A stretch of DNA of 61,365 bases, the filler included, from Ionaspis alba (Eukaryota): assembly GCA_964255285.1 (NCBI GenBank). It is 5 parts of 5 records of this genome, joined end to end, with 100 filler letters (N's around TTAATTAATTAA, not from the genome) between each part and the next. Parts side by side here need not be neighbours in the genome. Positions count along the whole stretch, not along the records: positions 24,648 to 36,849 come from CAXUUL010000524.1; positions 36,950 to 49,117 come from CAXUUL010000525.1; 3 more parts are not named here. One strand, given 5' to 3'. Under the pieces are notes generated by a model. It made no database searches, was not told where the DNA came from, and saw only the letters and a list, made by a program, of their open reading frames with translations. A program made the translations under genes and the position numbers. Shown one piece after another: positions 24,803-38,285 of this stretch (the stretch's first letter is position 1; each line of letters begins with the position of its first letter).

Positions 24803-26899
24803 CTACGGGCGAAAGTTCGGAGGCGGTAAAGTGGGGTGCGAGCCCGACCATTGCGGCATCTGCGGGAGATTTTGCCACGAATCAAGAGGCAGATAGGGCA
24901 CGACACCGGTCTTCCTTTCGCTCAACGGTTTCCCTAAAGGTTGGTAGTGCATATTCTGGAAGCCGAGATTCTGCGAGGGATTGTGCAGAGAGGCTGAAGG
25001 CGGAGGCACTAGCAGGGTATTGACTTTGCGAATGGGTTTGTAGGGCGAGCTTCGCTGGGGTGGGTAACCTGATGGAGAGAGCAGATCTTGGTTTGGCGGC
25101 GGGAACGTCGTGGAGGTGGGGGAGGAGGTTCTGGAATATTCGTTGTACGGGCGGCGGAAGTGGTCGTTCATTGGTGGGAGGATGCTGCTACTGGAGGTGG
25201 AGGAATGCGTGAGTGGGTTCAGGAGTGTTGTGTTTGGGTGTGGCGTTTGTAAGCTTCCGGATTGAACGGTAGACATTGATCGGCCGCTTGATGGTGGAGG
25301 GAGCTGGGCGGAATAAGTTCCAGGATGAAGCCCTAAGTGACCACTTGTGCTAATTGACAGATTTGGTATCGGAAGTCTCGGAACCGCGGGAGTGACCAAG
25401 CTCGACGAAATACTCGGGACGGTTACTGGCGCTCTAAAAGGTTTTGTTTGCGCGAGTCTCTTGGCAGCTGGTTCTTGCATTGACTCATCATGACTTCTCT
25501 TGATACCACTTGGTCTGAGATCTACCTCGGGCATTCTTGCCATGGGTGATGGTATTGGCGGAACCATATGAAGTGGCATTGGCTGGTAAGGCCGGAGTAT
25601 CCCATTGCTATCTGGAGCTGACGAAAATGGAGGAGAGGAGTGATGTGATTGGGGCGGAGAGGGAAATGGGTATGGTGTGATCATCTGTGGTGTCGGAGCG
25701 GTCGAAATGTTCGATTCCACCGGTGGTCTAGACGCTTTGTCGAAATAGTCCCAGAACCGACCCAGCTTACGGTGCCACAGATTCCATTCTTTCTCGGAAG
25801 CATAGAGAGTGTATCTCATGTTGCTCAAGAATTCGACCTCCATTATGTGGATCTCCCCTACCGAGATACCCGATACTTCGGCCCAGGTCTTGTTCGTGTA
25901 GGTGTTGTCGTCCAGGACTGCACAGATTCGGTTAGCTCATTATCAAGCTATAAGTACTTCGTCCAGACTCTCTTAACTTACACTTGTTTCCCAACATCAA
26001 AGCCACAGTCAAGAGCCGATATTCACTTCCTGGCCTTCCCTTGACTGTCGGATTGAGCTTCTTCAGTCGGTAAATGAACATCAATGCCAAGAGAATGACA
26101 TTCTGTGTAACCTGGGTTGTCGAGAGAATTGTGGTCACCCATTTACGAAATCCCATATTCGGTAAGGCTTCCGGAACAAGGGGAGTGGACGGAGTGGGCG
26201 TGATCCTCGACTCTTCCACTCGGTGAAGGGTAAAAGATGACTCGAACCAGAACAGACACGTAATCTACGCAGCATTAGTGTCGGAATTCACTGAAGAAGC
26301 TTCCCTGCTTCGCTCACCTGAGCTGCAAATTCCGCCAAGCTGCCCTTGCTGTTGTTAATTGATGCAGGGATCTGGAGATACGAGACGATCTGGTTGCCGT
26401 CCCCAGAGTTTCTCCGTCTGGAACTATTGTCCGAAGCTGCATTGTCCTTCTGTTGGGTTGGACTGTGAGGTTGACTAAAACTACCCTGAGGTTGTTTGGC
26501 CACAAGACTGAAGTCTTTCCTGTCATAAAAGCCCAAACTAGATTCATATCCCGTGGTAGGTGGAAGTGAAGTCGGCACTGTGGTATGGTTGTTGTATAGG
26601 CCTCCGTATGTCGCTGGTAGCCTTGGTCCTGGTCCGCCTCCGTTCATCTCCAAGGGTGGAGTCTGTAGACCTCGAGGTGATACCTCAGTAGTTCCTGCAA
26701 GCCACCTTGCGACGAGCCTCTGATTAGGATTGTGTGCTTCCTCTTGCAGCAGTGGCCTTGCTGCTCCCCTTCCGTCAGCACCATGTGTACTCGGTGTGGG
26801 CAGCGGAGCCCAATTGCTGTGGGATTGCTGTAGGGGGATGCTTTGAAGTGACAGGGGCAATGTCGTACGCACTGCAGATGGATGGAGGAGGTCGTTCAT
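24803..26899 (-). CDS. Pho85-type (Pcl family) cyclin, Clg1-like
   Basis: GSLAEFAAQ, FRKWVTTILSTTQVTQNVILLALMFIYRL, GSEYRLLTVALMLGNK and MEVEFLSNMRY form a cyclin box, followed by a Pro/Ser-rich tail. Two introns. Confidence 0.88.
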
Positions 26900-29800
26900 T
26901 TATGTAGTGATTGCTGATTCGTAGTGGAAACGTGACAATGGGTCAAGAGACGACGGTGTAAACCCTACAAGAGGGTGTGGAGAAGCCTAGAAGGTTTCGT
27001 GGAGCAGGTCGTGGACGAATTTGTAGAGGTATGAGCATGGTTCGATAGAAAGATTGGTTGAGCTGTATTCTCTTCCACAATGTGAGTTTCGGTGTGGTGA
27101 TTGAGTGTTGTAATGTGTTGAGTCAGGAAATGTCCATTGGTATTGTTCTCAAAGGTTCAATAGAGCACCAGGCTTTGCAATCTATTGACCGAATTTCTTG
27201 GTTGACTGACAATAGAATCCGTGCGAGGCAATAGCTAACTGGCACGAGCAATCAAGGAAAGAACTGCCAGGTGGAATGATGAGGCAGACGACAGGCTATT
27301 ATTATGATTATGATAGAAACGCCCAGAGTGGAGAATGTGAGAAATAAGAGAAAGATTTCAATTTGGGAAACCTAGGGAATGAATAACAAAGATGATAAGG
27401 TATGTTGCTCATCAGGCCAAGCATGATTCAAGCATGCTTGTGAGTGAGAGGCTGATGTGCCGGGGGGTGTGTGTGTGGAAGACGATGTCTTGGGTTCACA
27501 TATTAAGAGGTAGATTTTGATGATTATTAGTTTGTATGAGAGGAGTCGGGATGTCTTTCAGCAGCATTGGTGTATGGCTGTTACCCGCGTCCTGATGGCA
27601 AGATGTCAGAGCCACCCCGCTTAGTGCAAGCAGTTGTCTGCTGAGTGCTGAGTTAGTAGTTGAGGCTAAGCAGCTAGGTTAGTAGTTGGCGGAAGGTCCA
27701 TTCTGTTTTTTCTGTCCCCTTCGTTGCTGCCACACATGATCCTGGAAGAGTTTGCGATTACGGGAGTACGAATTAAGTGGTTAGTCGCTAGTTGTGGATT
27801 TGAAGGAGGACATGCATCGTACAGGGTAATAGCAAGGGGGACAAAGTGGGAACGAAACGCGAGCTTGCTTGGATCATCGACTTCCCTTAGGTCGGGTAGG
27901 GGACCGGTCAATCATCCCAGAAAAGGATCCGGCCCGGGCAGTTCTCACCGATCTCCTGCTTTCTCGCCGTCTGCCTTCGAAAATGGACAGAGAGGGGCGA
28001 TTAGATTAATTGGACACAAATCTGCTCCCTTGCAAGTTGCATCAGGCTCCGACCACATGGGGTGAGAGGAGGTTGGCATCGTTGGGTGTGTGTTCTAGCG
28101 CGCATGACGACGGTATCCTACGGGCGGCCGCCGCCTCATGTGAAATGATAAAACCTGTGTGTGTGAGATTGTGATTGGAGGGAAACTGCACTTGCTCTTT
28201 TTGGGGGGTGGAATGAGGGAGGCATAAGCCAGATGGGAGAGACACACAAAGCAAAATTAGGCGTCATTCCGTCCTGTTTCTTCGCTACTTGGCTCGGTTG
28301 GTTTGCTTTTGCCCGGAAGGTGGTGGAAAGAGTGAGAGTGACAATGATCAACAGGTAAGATAGCCTGGCTGATTTGCATTTGCTGCCTACCGAGCTCCTC
28401 ATGTGAGCCAGAACCAGACGAGACGAGACGCGGCCCACGTCTATCCTAGGCCTTGCTGGCACCAAAGGTGGAGGAGGAAGGGGGGTGATGCTAAGGAGAG
28501 AGCATGGGAACATGGCATATACGCAGCAGTACGGAAGGAAAAAATAGTGGCGGCGCGGTGTGTGGTCGGAGGAGCCAGGCCCCGGCAGGAGGGAAAGGAG
28601 TACGTGTAGGGGACGAGGTGGTGGGCCAAAGGGGGAATGCAAGTGCGCGTCGTTGTCCTCGGGGAAGTTCTGGTGTGCTGCTAGCGTGATGGATCTCTCC
28701 TTATTCTCTTTGCCCACCCAACTACGGAGGCACACATCCACCTATACTACATGTGTCTAGGATCACGAGCCTTGGTGGGAATTGCCTTGCCTCGATGCAT
28801 TCCTGCCGAATAGATGCTACTACTACTACTGTACATACACTGCCTGCCTGGCCCATGGTGCTTTTTCAGGCTCATTACGACTATTCTGACCGGTAACGGT
28901 GATGGAGGGAATAAGGATCTTGGGATGTGCACATACTGTGTGTCTAACATCGACATCGTCGTCTCCACCGCCGCCGGAAGCGGGAGTGTATCTACTCCGC
29001 TTGTACAGTCCGGCTGTGTATGCAAACAGGAGCATGGAAAGTTGGTAGTATTAGTAGTAGTAAGAGGTAACAACGATGGAACAGGATGAAGCCACGGAAG
29101 GCTATCAATGTTACCTCCAAGAGATGATGCTGATCGATGATTTGACTATTGACGAAGCTGTCGGTCCTTCCATCACCACAGGCCGTTTCCTATTATTTGT
29201 GCTTAACGACAGTATATCCGAATGGCTCGACAAATAATGCCAAGTTTGTTCCTGTACATGGCAGCCGTACTCCGATGATACTACTACCGATCCTAGATCG
29301 GTTATGATGGGGGTGTGTGTGATACGGGCCAAGTTGGCGGATGGTGACGGAGAAACAGTTCAGTATAGGCTGCAGAGTTAGTGATGACTACTGTTGCGAC
29401 TGGGCGCTATGATTTCCAAGCTTCAGAGAGCATGATTGAGTGATTGTCAGTGCATAGCATGATCGCGAGGAACAACAATTAATGCAACAACTGGATGAGT
29501 GTCACCAGGAAGACTCCGTATCCTCTGACTTGAGCGATGATGGAGAAACGAGGCGTATTCGATGCGATGTGATATCCTGATTGTGATGTCTTGTGTCTCG
29601 TCGCTGCTGACGATAGCGGCCCAGTAGTTCGGTTGCCATCATCCTTATTTCCTTTTCACTTTCTTGCGACCTTGCAGACCTTTGCAGGCCTTGCTTTGTT
29701 GCTGCTGATGCTTTGCCGTTATTACTAATTCGACACCGGGCCGGCAAATCGGCTCCTCTTTGCCAACCCAGCCCGGCCGTCAAGCCCCAATAAAAGGGAA

Positions 29801-32800
29801 GAGAGAATCAGTCTATCGGGGCTAAAACCCAGCGAGAACCAGGCAGGCCATGCACAGCGAGAATCACTGTCGGTTTGAGATTTGTGGACATTTGAGGCTG
29901 CGAGCCTGGGCTTCGGGGCCGCTGCATGCGTCTTTGCCTTTTCTTCGTTTTTCTTCCTATCGATGGAGTCAGGAGGGGATGCGGGAGGGTTTCGAAGCTA
30001 AGCGCTGATTGGTGCAATCTCCAAGGATTCTAAGATGGGGTGGACATGGAATTTGCGTTGGTGCTCTTTGTGCGTGCGAGGAGGCGGTGGTTTAGAGTCG
30101 GCTTGTGAGATGTAGGGTCTCTTCACATATCATCGGCACGCTGATCTCGAAGGAAGGAACACACAAGGCGTCAGAGCTGCAAAGCAAATCAGCACGACAA
30201 ATTTGGTCCGAAGCGCCTTTGCCCTTCTCGGCAAGATGTACAAGCCTTCCATGGAACTGTTAATTTGGTTCCTACAAAGATTGGTTGTGGGAGTTGCATG
30301 TGCGCGTGCAACGATGGATCCATGACTTGGATGACTTTGCCCAACTCATGGATTCACTCCGAACACAGCCAAGGCAAAGCATGACACGAATGTCTAATGG
30401 ATGATGCAGGTGGGTCGCGAGGGTTGTGACTATTCTCTATCGCGGCTTCTTCTTCGTAATAGTGATCCTCATTCTGGCTGATGATTTGTCCGAGCAAAGT
30501 TGCTCACCTTGAAAGCCTTGTGGCGGTAGCCAGCCGGTGAATGGGTGCGTCTTACTCGCAACGCAGGCCTGGAAGGCTTGGAAACGGCTTGGATCTGAAG
30601 CCTGCCGGCACGCGTCGAGCCGCCATTAATCCAGCTGCACGTATGATTTACCAAGTTTATACACACCGTGGTCAGACTTGTGACCCTGACAAAATAATCG
30701 CTCCATTTAGTCTCGCCAGCAGCAGGCGTAGCACATCGATAATCAGGCGTCCGGTCGGCGAGGTACAGATGAGCATTAAGCGCTAGGACAGGAGCTGAGT
30801 CTGAGGACGGAAGGCGGAGGACAGAAAAGCCCCAAAACGCATGGTTTAAGATCTCGGATGCAAGTGTTGGGAATCATTGGGAAGGAGTCCTAGTATCAAT
30901 CTAAACCATTAATAAATCTTACCGTGCTGCTGATCATCAATCATCGTGGCCTTCCAGCTCCACTTTCAAACCTTTTTGCGGCATCTGAAATACGCTTGCT
31001 TTTTTGTGCTGCCGGGGCCAAGGTGCAACGCCCTCTTTTACCGAGCCATCGTGGTGACGCTTGTACGAACAACTACCTAGTATGATAAAACGACGTCAAG
31101 GAAGGCTGATCTAGACAACATTCTTGTCGGATCGTAAGATTGAATCATGCCGGTACGGTGGATGGCTTCTCCAACATGGTAGTGGTCAGCATCCCAACGC
31201 ACTTCGGCGCTACGGTGGAGAAATCTCGCTGAGTCGGGTGCACTGAGGAATTTGTTGGCGGCAACATGTCAAGATCCAGCAGAGACCCGTGTCCTCCAGC
31301 CAGCTGGAAACAACACGCGACCAGGATTCGTAGTGGATTGGAGTCCGGTATCAGCTGTGGGGTGCATACTAGACGTGATAACTATCCAGACGATGACGAA
31401 GATGGTTGAGAACGGGAAGATCCAGACTTCTACTGCCTATCCTTATCCTCTCATGCCCGATACGGGACGATTATCATAGAGCCGTCTAACTGCGTATGCA
31501 TGTGCGTGTAGGATAATGACCTTGGACGATGACTGCGTTTGCTGTATGAGCAGTACTCCAATCTTACACGAAGCTATCATATCAGTTTCCAATACCTGTG
31601 TACCTGTTGGAGACTAGCGGCCCAGAGTGTTTGTGTTTGACCAAGGATCGTTGCATTGAGTGGTGACACTTATATTCCGGCGTGGTTATGCAGGTGCTGC
31701 TGGGTGAGAAGATGTTGATGCGACCCGAGAGGGGCAAAGTTCGTCTGTCGGATAGTCAGTGTTGGAAACTTGTTATGCAGCAGAGCCAAAGCGATTCCGA
31801 ACCTCCCACCAAGGATGGGAACTCCGAGCGGCGGAGCCATGGGTGGATGGAAGCGAAAGGGATGTAGTGATATGTGAGGGAGAGGCGGAGAGGAAAGGAT
31901 AAGTGGCAGTTGCATCATCTTGATTGGCTGGCATGGGAGCAAAGGTCGAGTTGACGGTTCAACGAATGAGGGGTAATCCCCATGATTGACCACCCGGTCA
32001 GGATCTGCTTGTCCGAACGCGAGAGCTCGAGAAGTGTTTGATTTGCTGGACACGGGCACGGCGGGATGGTTTGTGAAACCACACAACCACCCAGGAAAAT
32101 GCCCAAGGTTTCCGAGACTTGGCACATCGTCGATTTAGGGTTTCGAGATTGCAACACCTTGAACGATATTATGTGCAGTGTGCAGCGAGTACGAGAATCC
32201 AGCTTGCAAGCGACCAAGCACTCTGTCGGGCATTGTGTCTTACATGCTACCTGGAGTCTTGAGTGTCAGAGGGCAAGTCCGAGGACAGTGTGCGACCGGC
32301 TATGTATCCTCCATGTACCTTCGGGGTCCCACACAACGTCGGGGATCTCATGCTGCCGGGCTTTGTAGCACTTTGCAAGGTCTCTTGAACCTGGAGATGT
32401 TTGCGGATTGCGTAACAAGTTTGTTACGGTCTGAGAATTCGTCCAAGCAGGTCGCGACCAGCAACATCCTCTCCTATCTAGCTCATCGTACACTATCAAC
32501 GATAGCGCGATTCAAGCCTTTAATGGACGAGATGATAACATCAGACGTAAGGCTAAGACGAGACAACCCGCAGGCTTCTAGGAATATTCTGTTGATGCGC
32601 CTGAAGCCGCCCCATAGATCGATCTGGAGCGTGCCGACGTCAAGTTGCGTGGACCAATGAAAGGATCGGCTCGCATTCGCATACCACCTGCTTCGTGAAT
32701 GCCACTCGGGACGCGAGGGACTGTGCAATGCATTCCAATTCACACGTCGGCGGAGACCGCCCTATGCGGACGTTTTGCCCAGCACATACAAGACTGTTGG

Positions 32801-33310
32801 CAGGCAGAACAGAACATGGCCAATAGGAGGTACACCATCGTCTTGCATAACATCTCACAGGCTGTACGACGACCCTTTACACCCTGAAGCCCAAAAGGTA
32901 GCTGGCAATCCTGCAACCTGTCAGCCACAGCTGGCCTATATGACTTGGTGAGACCTCGTGTTGCACAACATGGCTTTACTTTTTGCGCGCCTTTTCCTTC
33001 TGGACATTTTTCGTTTCTCTGTGTGCTGCATCGCGATATCACTCTCCAGCAGTCATAGTCACTCGGGCGGCTCTTCAGGAAGTGCTCACGCTGTCTGTCT
33101 CTCTGTCGGCTTTGAGCCTGCTAATTATTACATCGTTCTGATTGCAATCCGAGAACACCGCTCTTCTCCGATATGCGCCATACAGCTTACATGGGGCCTC
33201 AAACTTTAGTCTGCCTTCTTCGTCAGAGCCCCGTCTCGACAACCATCTTCCCATCCGAGGATTGACTTCTTACCGGTAGCCTGGCGATAATTCTCGTCAT
33301 GCGTCTTAGA

Positions 33311-33876
33311 TCACATTCTGAAGATCTGCTTCCTTGGTCCGGCACTGATGGTGCCATCGTCGTCCTTCCAGCCCTCCAGCACCTCCTCCATAAACTCTGG
33401 ACTGTTCAACTCTGTGCTCCTTATCTTTCTTGTTGTCATCCGAGTTCTCAATCTCGCTATGCAGATCCGTACCCACACTGGGTGGTGCGATCTCCACCAC
33501 CTTGACCTTTGACTCTGCGTTCGCAAGCTGCTTCCGCAGAATCATGGCGAAAAAGTGTAACCAGATTTTGGTACCCTTGTAGACAGCATTGATAACGCTG
33601 GAGGGCAGGAAGCCCAAAATGGAAGAGATGTGCATGATAACGGCGTCGTTAGAAAGAGAGTTAAATCGCAGCAGGAGAGCGAGAGTTGATATCTACCTCT
33701 CGGACCGCTTTGCCAAGGCAAAATTTAAAGGTGGGTCCCAAGACCTGAAGTGGTCGTTGCACGCCGACGTTATTGAATAGACAGTCGACATCGGGGTGTT
33801 TTGAGAGGACAGTCCGGATGAAGGAGGGTATCGTGGAGACGTCGCCGATGTCGACTTCGTAGTATGCCTTTACCTC
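33311..33876 (-). pseudogene. Decayed short-chain dehydrogenase (DltE-like SDR)
   Basis: HPDVDCLFNNVGVQRP (NNAG-like), then an in-frame TAA at 33661-33663. SSILGFLP...YKGTK (YxxxK) and VVEIAPPSVGTDLH follow, with a frameshift near the C-terminus. No N-terminal TGxxxGIG found. Confidence 0.82.
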
Positions 33877-34330
33877 TGTCTCGGAGGCCGTATAGGAAAG
33901 CGTTGACTCTGATGTCTAACTCTCGTTTGGGGGTTTATAATGACTATTACCATTTTAATTAAAAATAGCGTAGAGGAAAGGCTGAAGTCGAAAATTGATC
34001 TTATTTCAAACCTGTTACTTATGATCCCGACTGTAATCATGGACTAGTCCGCTGAGCTCAGGGATTCTGCCATTACTACTGGTCCAACTAGTGATCAGAG
34101 CGCAGTTGAATGAAAGCGTTGACGCGGGTGCCACAACGAGTAGTATCATCCTCGTGGGTTGGCTAACGAGCTTACCAGTGCACTGTGTCTCTTGGCTCAC
34201 AATTATATTAATTATATTCTCACTCCTTTAAGAGCAGACGGAGGGCTCTAAGTACTCATGATGTCACATTTTATTGATCCTGCTCTGACAAAGAGAGTAC
34301 AGCGTTCTTGAACAGAGTTTAACACATGAG

Positions 34331-36112
34331 CTAAACAGCCCTCTGTCTGACCTTGAGCAAGACATCATGGCCCTTAAATGGATCCACGACGCCTACAGTC
34401 GGCTTCCTGATGTCCAGTTTTGGCAGGCCCTCTTGTTTATTGCCACTTCCAGATCGTATGAACTCAATACCACCACCGTCAACATCAAGACCTCCTAGCA
34501 ATGAAGCTTCCAGAACAGTACGTCATACCGCCGCTGAATGGTCTGAAGTACGGGCTCTTGTGCAATTCTTTGTTGTCGAGAAAGCGAGAAGGATGAAAGG
34601 CATATATATCAGGACCGAAGTATTCTCCTTCGTAGTGCAGCTGACGGTATAGCATGATCAACTTAGCTACAGGGGACAGAGTCCTGTCGCCAATGATCGT
34701 TGGTGCTTCTACGGTACGAGCATAAGGATTGCCTGTGACGAGCCGAAGGATCTCGTTGAGCATTGCGCCGAGAAGAGGGCATCGTTCGAGTAAGTACTGT
34801 ACGTCGATGGTTCCGGGCAGGAGAGCAAGAGCGAGCTCCTTCCTAATCTCTTCAAGGAGGTTTGGATCGTAAAGATCATAGGCGATTAGCCAAAAGGAAA
34901 TTTTGTGATGGTTGGCATTAGCCCTGGGGGGGGAACGTCAGAACTCGATTCAGCACAATGAATGTTGCGTAGAATACTTACGCCCAAAACATCCCCAGAG
35001 CAGAAACTGCAATGTCTCGATCATTCATCCCGAATTGTCGTTGCTTTGCTTCAACCGTCTTGGAGTAGTGACATCCCCGATATCTTTGCTCCAATGGAAG
35101 TTGGAAATATCGAGTGATGGATTGAGTCATTCACCCAACACTCCCATAGGTTGATTTAGCAAAGACGTGTGGATACTGGAATGTTACCTTCCAGCTACAG
35201 CTATCGAAACTGGTGGAAGACCTCCAGGAATTCGGGATCGAGATCAAGTAGAATGTTGCCGAAGAAGGCCTCTACAGTGGCTGGACCTGGAACTTTAGCG
35301 TACCCATTTATTGAGAGAAACTGTTTTCGCTTCGCAAGAGTCATGTAGTACACAGCCTGCTGGTATGTTGTCCCACTGCAGTTGTTGCCCAATACGACGC
35401 ACGTATACTGCAGTCAGATCCTCTAGCCGTTTGCCGGGATGTAATTGCTCCGTCTGGACGGCAAGTCCTATGTGATCGCGCAAGCCATCGCCAGAAGATG
35501 TAGGCTGATACCTTGTTGCAATCGCAGTGGATGACATCCCGAGCGAGGCGTATAAGGTTTTGACGAAGCCTTCAAATCTCAAAGTTTGATGGTTCTTGTA
35601 TACCAGGGAGATGTCCTTGGGTGACGTTATGACGTACATCTTTTGTCCCGCCAGGTGAGTGAGAATATCTCCCTGGTGTTGTGGAAGTAATGCCTAAGTA
35701 GGTGTCAGAGCTCTGAAACAAGATAGACCTAGAGAGCGGAAGGCCGCCGCTCAACAGTGAGCTGAGTACCTTCCATATGTAAGAAGAGCTTTCTGAGTCC
35801 TTGAAGAATGCTCGTGCATGTCCTACAGCATGAGGTAGTCAAGAGCCTGCAAAAGCAAGACCGCATTAGCTAATAAGAGGGTGTGGAGAGTTACCTAAGA
35901 CTAGAGAAGAGGTCAGCATGTGTGGCACTAATATCACATAGCTAAGTCTCCTCACAGGGTATCCAAGATGGAAGCTCTTTTGGCTCGTTCGGTTTCAACG
36001 TAGGTAGAATTGTAAAGCGCCATACCCTCCATACAACTACCAATCCCGCAAAAGCAGTGAAAAGCTTGACCGGAAGCACCAGCTGCTCATCAAGCTTACC
36101 GACTGTAGATGT
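34331..36112 (-). pseudogene. Decayed cytochrome P450 (CYP7/prostacyclin-synthase-like fungal group)
   Basis: WRVWRFTILP...PKELPSWIP(FLG)HA, NEILRL (ExxR), FHPSRF and heme-region PFSGGMTYCSG. Several frameshifts and stops (e.g. 35295 and 35201 ORF ends), an in-frame TAA at 36113-36115, and no ATG between it and the conserved N-terminus. Confidence 0.87.
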
Positions 36113-36849
36113 TTAGTGAATTCCAGTATTCCAAAACGTAGATGGTTTGATCACTGCCAAAGAACTTGAAAGCAGAATCGGACACTCAGATTATCAATGC
36201 AGCAATAATCATGGAGCAGACTTGATCGCAAGCATTCATTTCCTGGAAGATCACACATCTATGTATTGTAAAATTGAAAGACATATTTGATAGCTGAGGC
36301 TGTACAAGCCAGCCCGACAGCTATTCTACCGCGCTTACTCTTGAGCCGCAAGAGCGTAATGCCTCAATCCTTCTAGACTATGGAGATCCTAGAATCCTAG
36401 CGTAATCTATAGGTGGCCTGAACACGAGTCACACGGTTCACATGGTTCATGGTCCTTCGCGCAGTTTGCAGCGGGCCAAATTCAGCAGCACGAAATCAGG
36501 AGCCAATCCAAAAGTTAACCGCCGCAGCGCTTGTTGCTGTAAAAGGTTCGATTTCTGTACGAGCAGGGGATAGATCTTTCCATACTATTATAACTATTAG
36601 TGTCGATTAAACTTTCGGTATCGTTAAGCTTAATTCCATCGACCTGTTGAGATATATAAGATTACTTTTACATCAATTGCGGTTCTCTGTTCTTTCCAAA
36701 AGGTCTGTTCTTATTCGCAGCAGCGCCCATCGCCGATGCTCCATCTTTATGTTTTGGAGGATCCTGATCCTGATCCCGATGACAAACAGCTTGCCGTCTG
36801 CGGAAGCCGATTGGGCCTACAAGCCGAGCTTTTGAGCGGTGCTCTCTTC

Positions 36850-36949
36850 NNNNNNNNNNNNNNNNNNNNNNNNNNNNNNNNNNNNNNNNNNNNTTAATTA
36901 ATTAANNNNNNNNNNNNNNNNNNNNNNNNNNNNNNNNNNNNNNNNNNNN
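36850..36949. other. Artificial scaffold linker N44-TTAATTAATTAA-N44
   Basis: Same structure as the linker at 12235. Confidence 0.97.
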
Positions 36950-37891
36950 CTCCTCATCGGTCGCGCCCTCCCACATCTCCAATCGTCCTCCACCAGTCCA
37001 ATATTTCCCCAACGCCATGCTTCAACCTCAACCGCCACCTCCCCCAAACCCATCGCTCTCTCCTCCGCCATCAACCCACCACCCAGCACACTCCCCCCAC
37101 CTCTCACCCTCCCAACACGCACCCCTAGCCAATCAGCCATAAACTACTACTTCACCCTCGGCCGCACCTACCTCAGTTTCTACAAAGCTGGTCTCAAAGC
37201 CGTCTACACAAACCACACCCTCGCACGGCCGCTCCTCGCCCGCGTCCCATCCTCGACCCCCCTCTCCACCGCCGTGCACTCGGGTCTGCTTACCCGAGCG
37301 GAGTTCCAGCTCATCAGACGCAGTCGCGCAGACGTGCGCAAGATCCCGCTTTTCGCGCTCGTCTTCATCATATGTGGCGAATTTACGCCACTGGTGGTGC
37401 TCGCGATGGGGGGTGTGGTGCCGGGGACTTGTAGGGTGCCGAGGCAGGTGGAGGGCGAGAGGAGGAAGAGGGAGGAGAGGCGGAAAGCCAGTTTTAGGGA
37501 GGGTACTGTAAGGACGGAGGAGAATGCGCGGAAGGGAGGGGTGGAGGCGTTGGCGAGGGAGCAGGTGTTGCATGTGGGGAGGAGTTTGGGGCTTTATCCG
37601 AGGTGGGCGGATAGGGTGGGAGGATACCCTACTGCGCTTTTGAGGGGAAGGGTTCGGAGGTGGATAGAGTATTTAGAAGCGGATGATGTGGGCTTGGAGA
37701 AGGGTGGTGGGATCGGGGGATTGGATGTTGAGGAGGTTAGGATTGCGCTTGAGGAGAGGGGAGTCGATGTCTTGGGGAAGGGGGAGAAGGTCATGAGGGA
37801 TGAGTTGAGGGCGTGGCTGAGGGCGAAGAGGAGAGAGCCTGTTACGAGGATGCTGCTCACGCGGCCGAATGTTTGGGGTGTGAAGGGATAG
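36950..37891 (+). CDS. LETM1-like mitochondrial protein, 5' end lost at scaffold start
   Basis: INPPPSTLPPPL, LGRTYLSFYKAGLK, LTRAEFQLIRRSRADVRKIPLFALVFIICGEFTPLVV and YLEADD...EEVRIALEERGVD. Confidence 0.82.
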   Translation, partial: LLIGRALPHLQSSSTSPIFPQRHASTSTATSPKPIALSSAINPPPSTLPPPLTLPTRTPSQSAINYYFTLGRTYLSFYKAGLKAVYTNHTLARPLLARVPSSTPLSTAVHSGLLTRAEFQLIRRSRADVRKIPLFALVFIICGEFTPLVVLAMGGVVPGTCRVPRQVEGERRKREERRKASFREGTVRTEENARKGGVEALAREQVLHVGRSLGLYPRWADRVGGYPTALLRGRVRRWIEYLEADDVGLEKGGGIGGLDVEEVRIALEERGVDVLGKGEKVMRDELRAWLRAKRREPVTRMLLTRPNVWGVKG

Positions 37892-38285
37892 ATATGGAAG
37901 TGGAAGTTGGGCGGCCGACTGATCGAAATTATTGTTGAGATATACAATGTGAGTATATGGACGAGGAAATTGACGAATATAGATTTCTACAGATTCCCCT
38001 CACATAATGTCACACTATAGATACATGAGATTCCGATTCTGCATGTAGCGATCGTTTTTCTCGGTATTTTGTGGCCTAATGTACATAGGATCCGTGATTT
38101 TGTCTCTCAGAGAAGATCTAAAGGGGCAGAAAACGCCTCGCACCGCTCATGCAATGTAAACACCCGCTCAGATACCCTGCGTATCGACATAAGCATTGCA
38201 AGCGAAGAACATTATCACCAGAGGTCTCTCCTAGTCTGGGATTTACAGAAGTGGCATGTACACGTTTCTGGACATTACTCTCCAA

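Noticed and set aside
27666..33209. Many 60-200 aa ORFs in the tract upstream of the cyclin
   Set aside because: Overlapping on both strands, mostly non-ATG starts, no domains; consistent with chance ORFs.
36560..36849. AT-rich patch and short open frames at a scaffold end, possibly a RIP-mutated transposon or a gene tail
   Set aside because: Too short, with no terminal repeats or recognisable protein motif.
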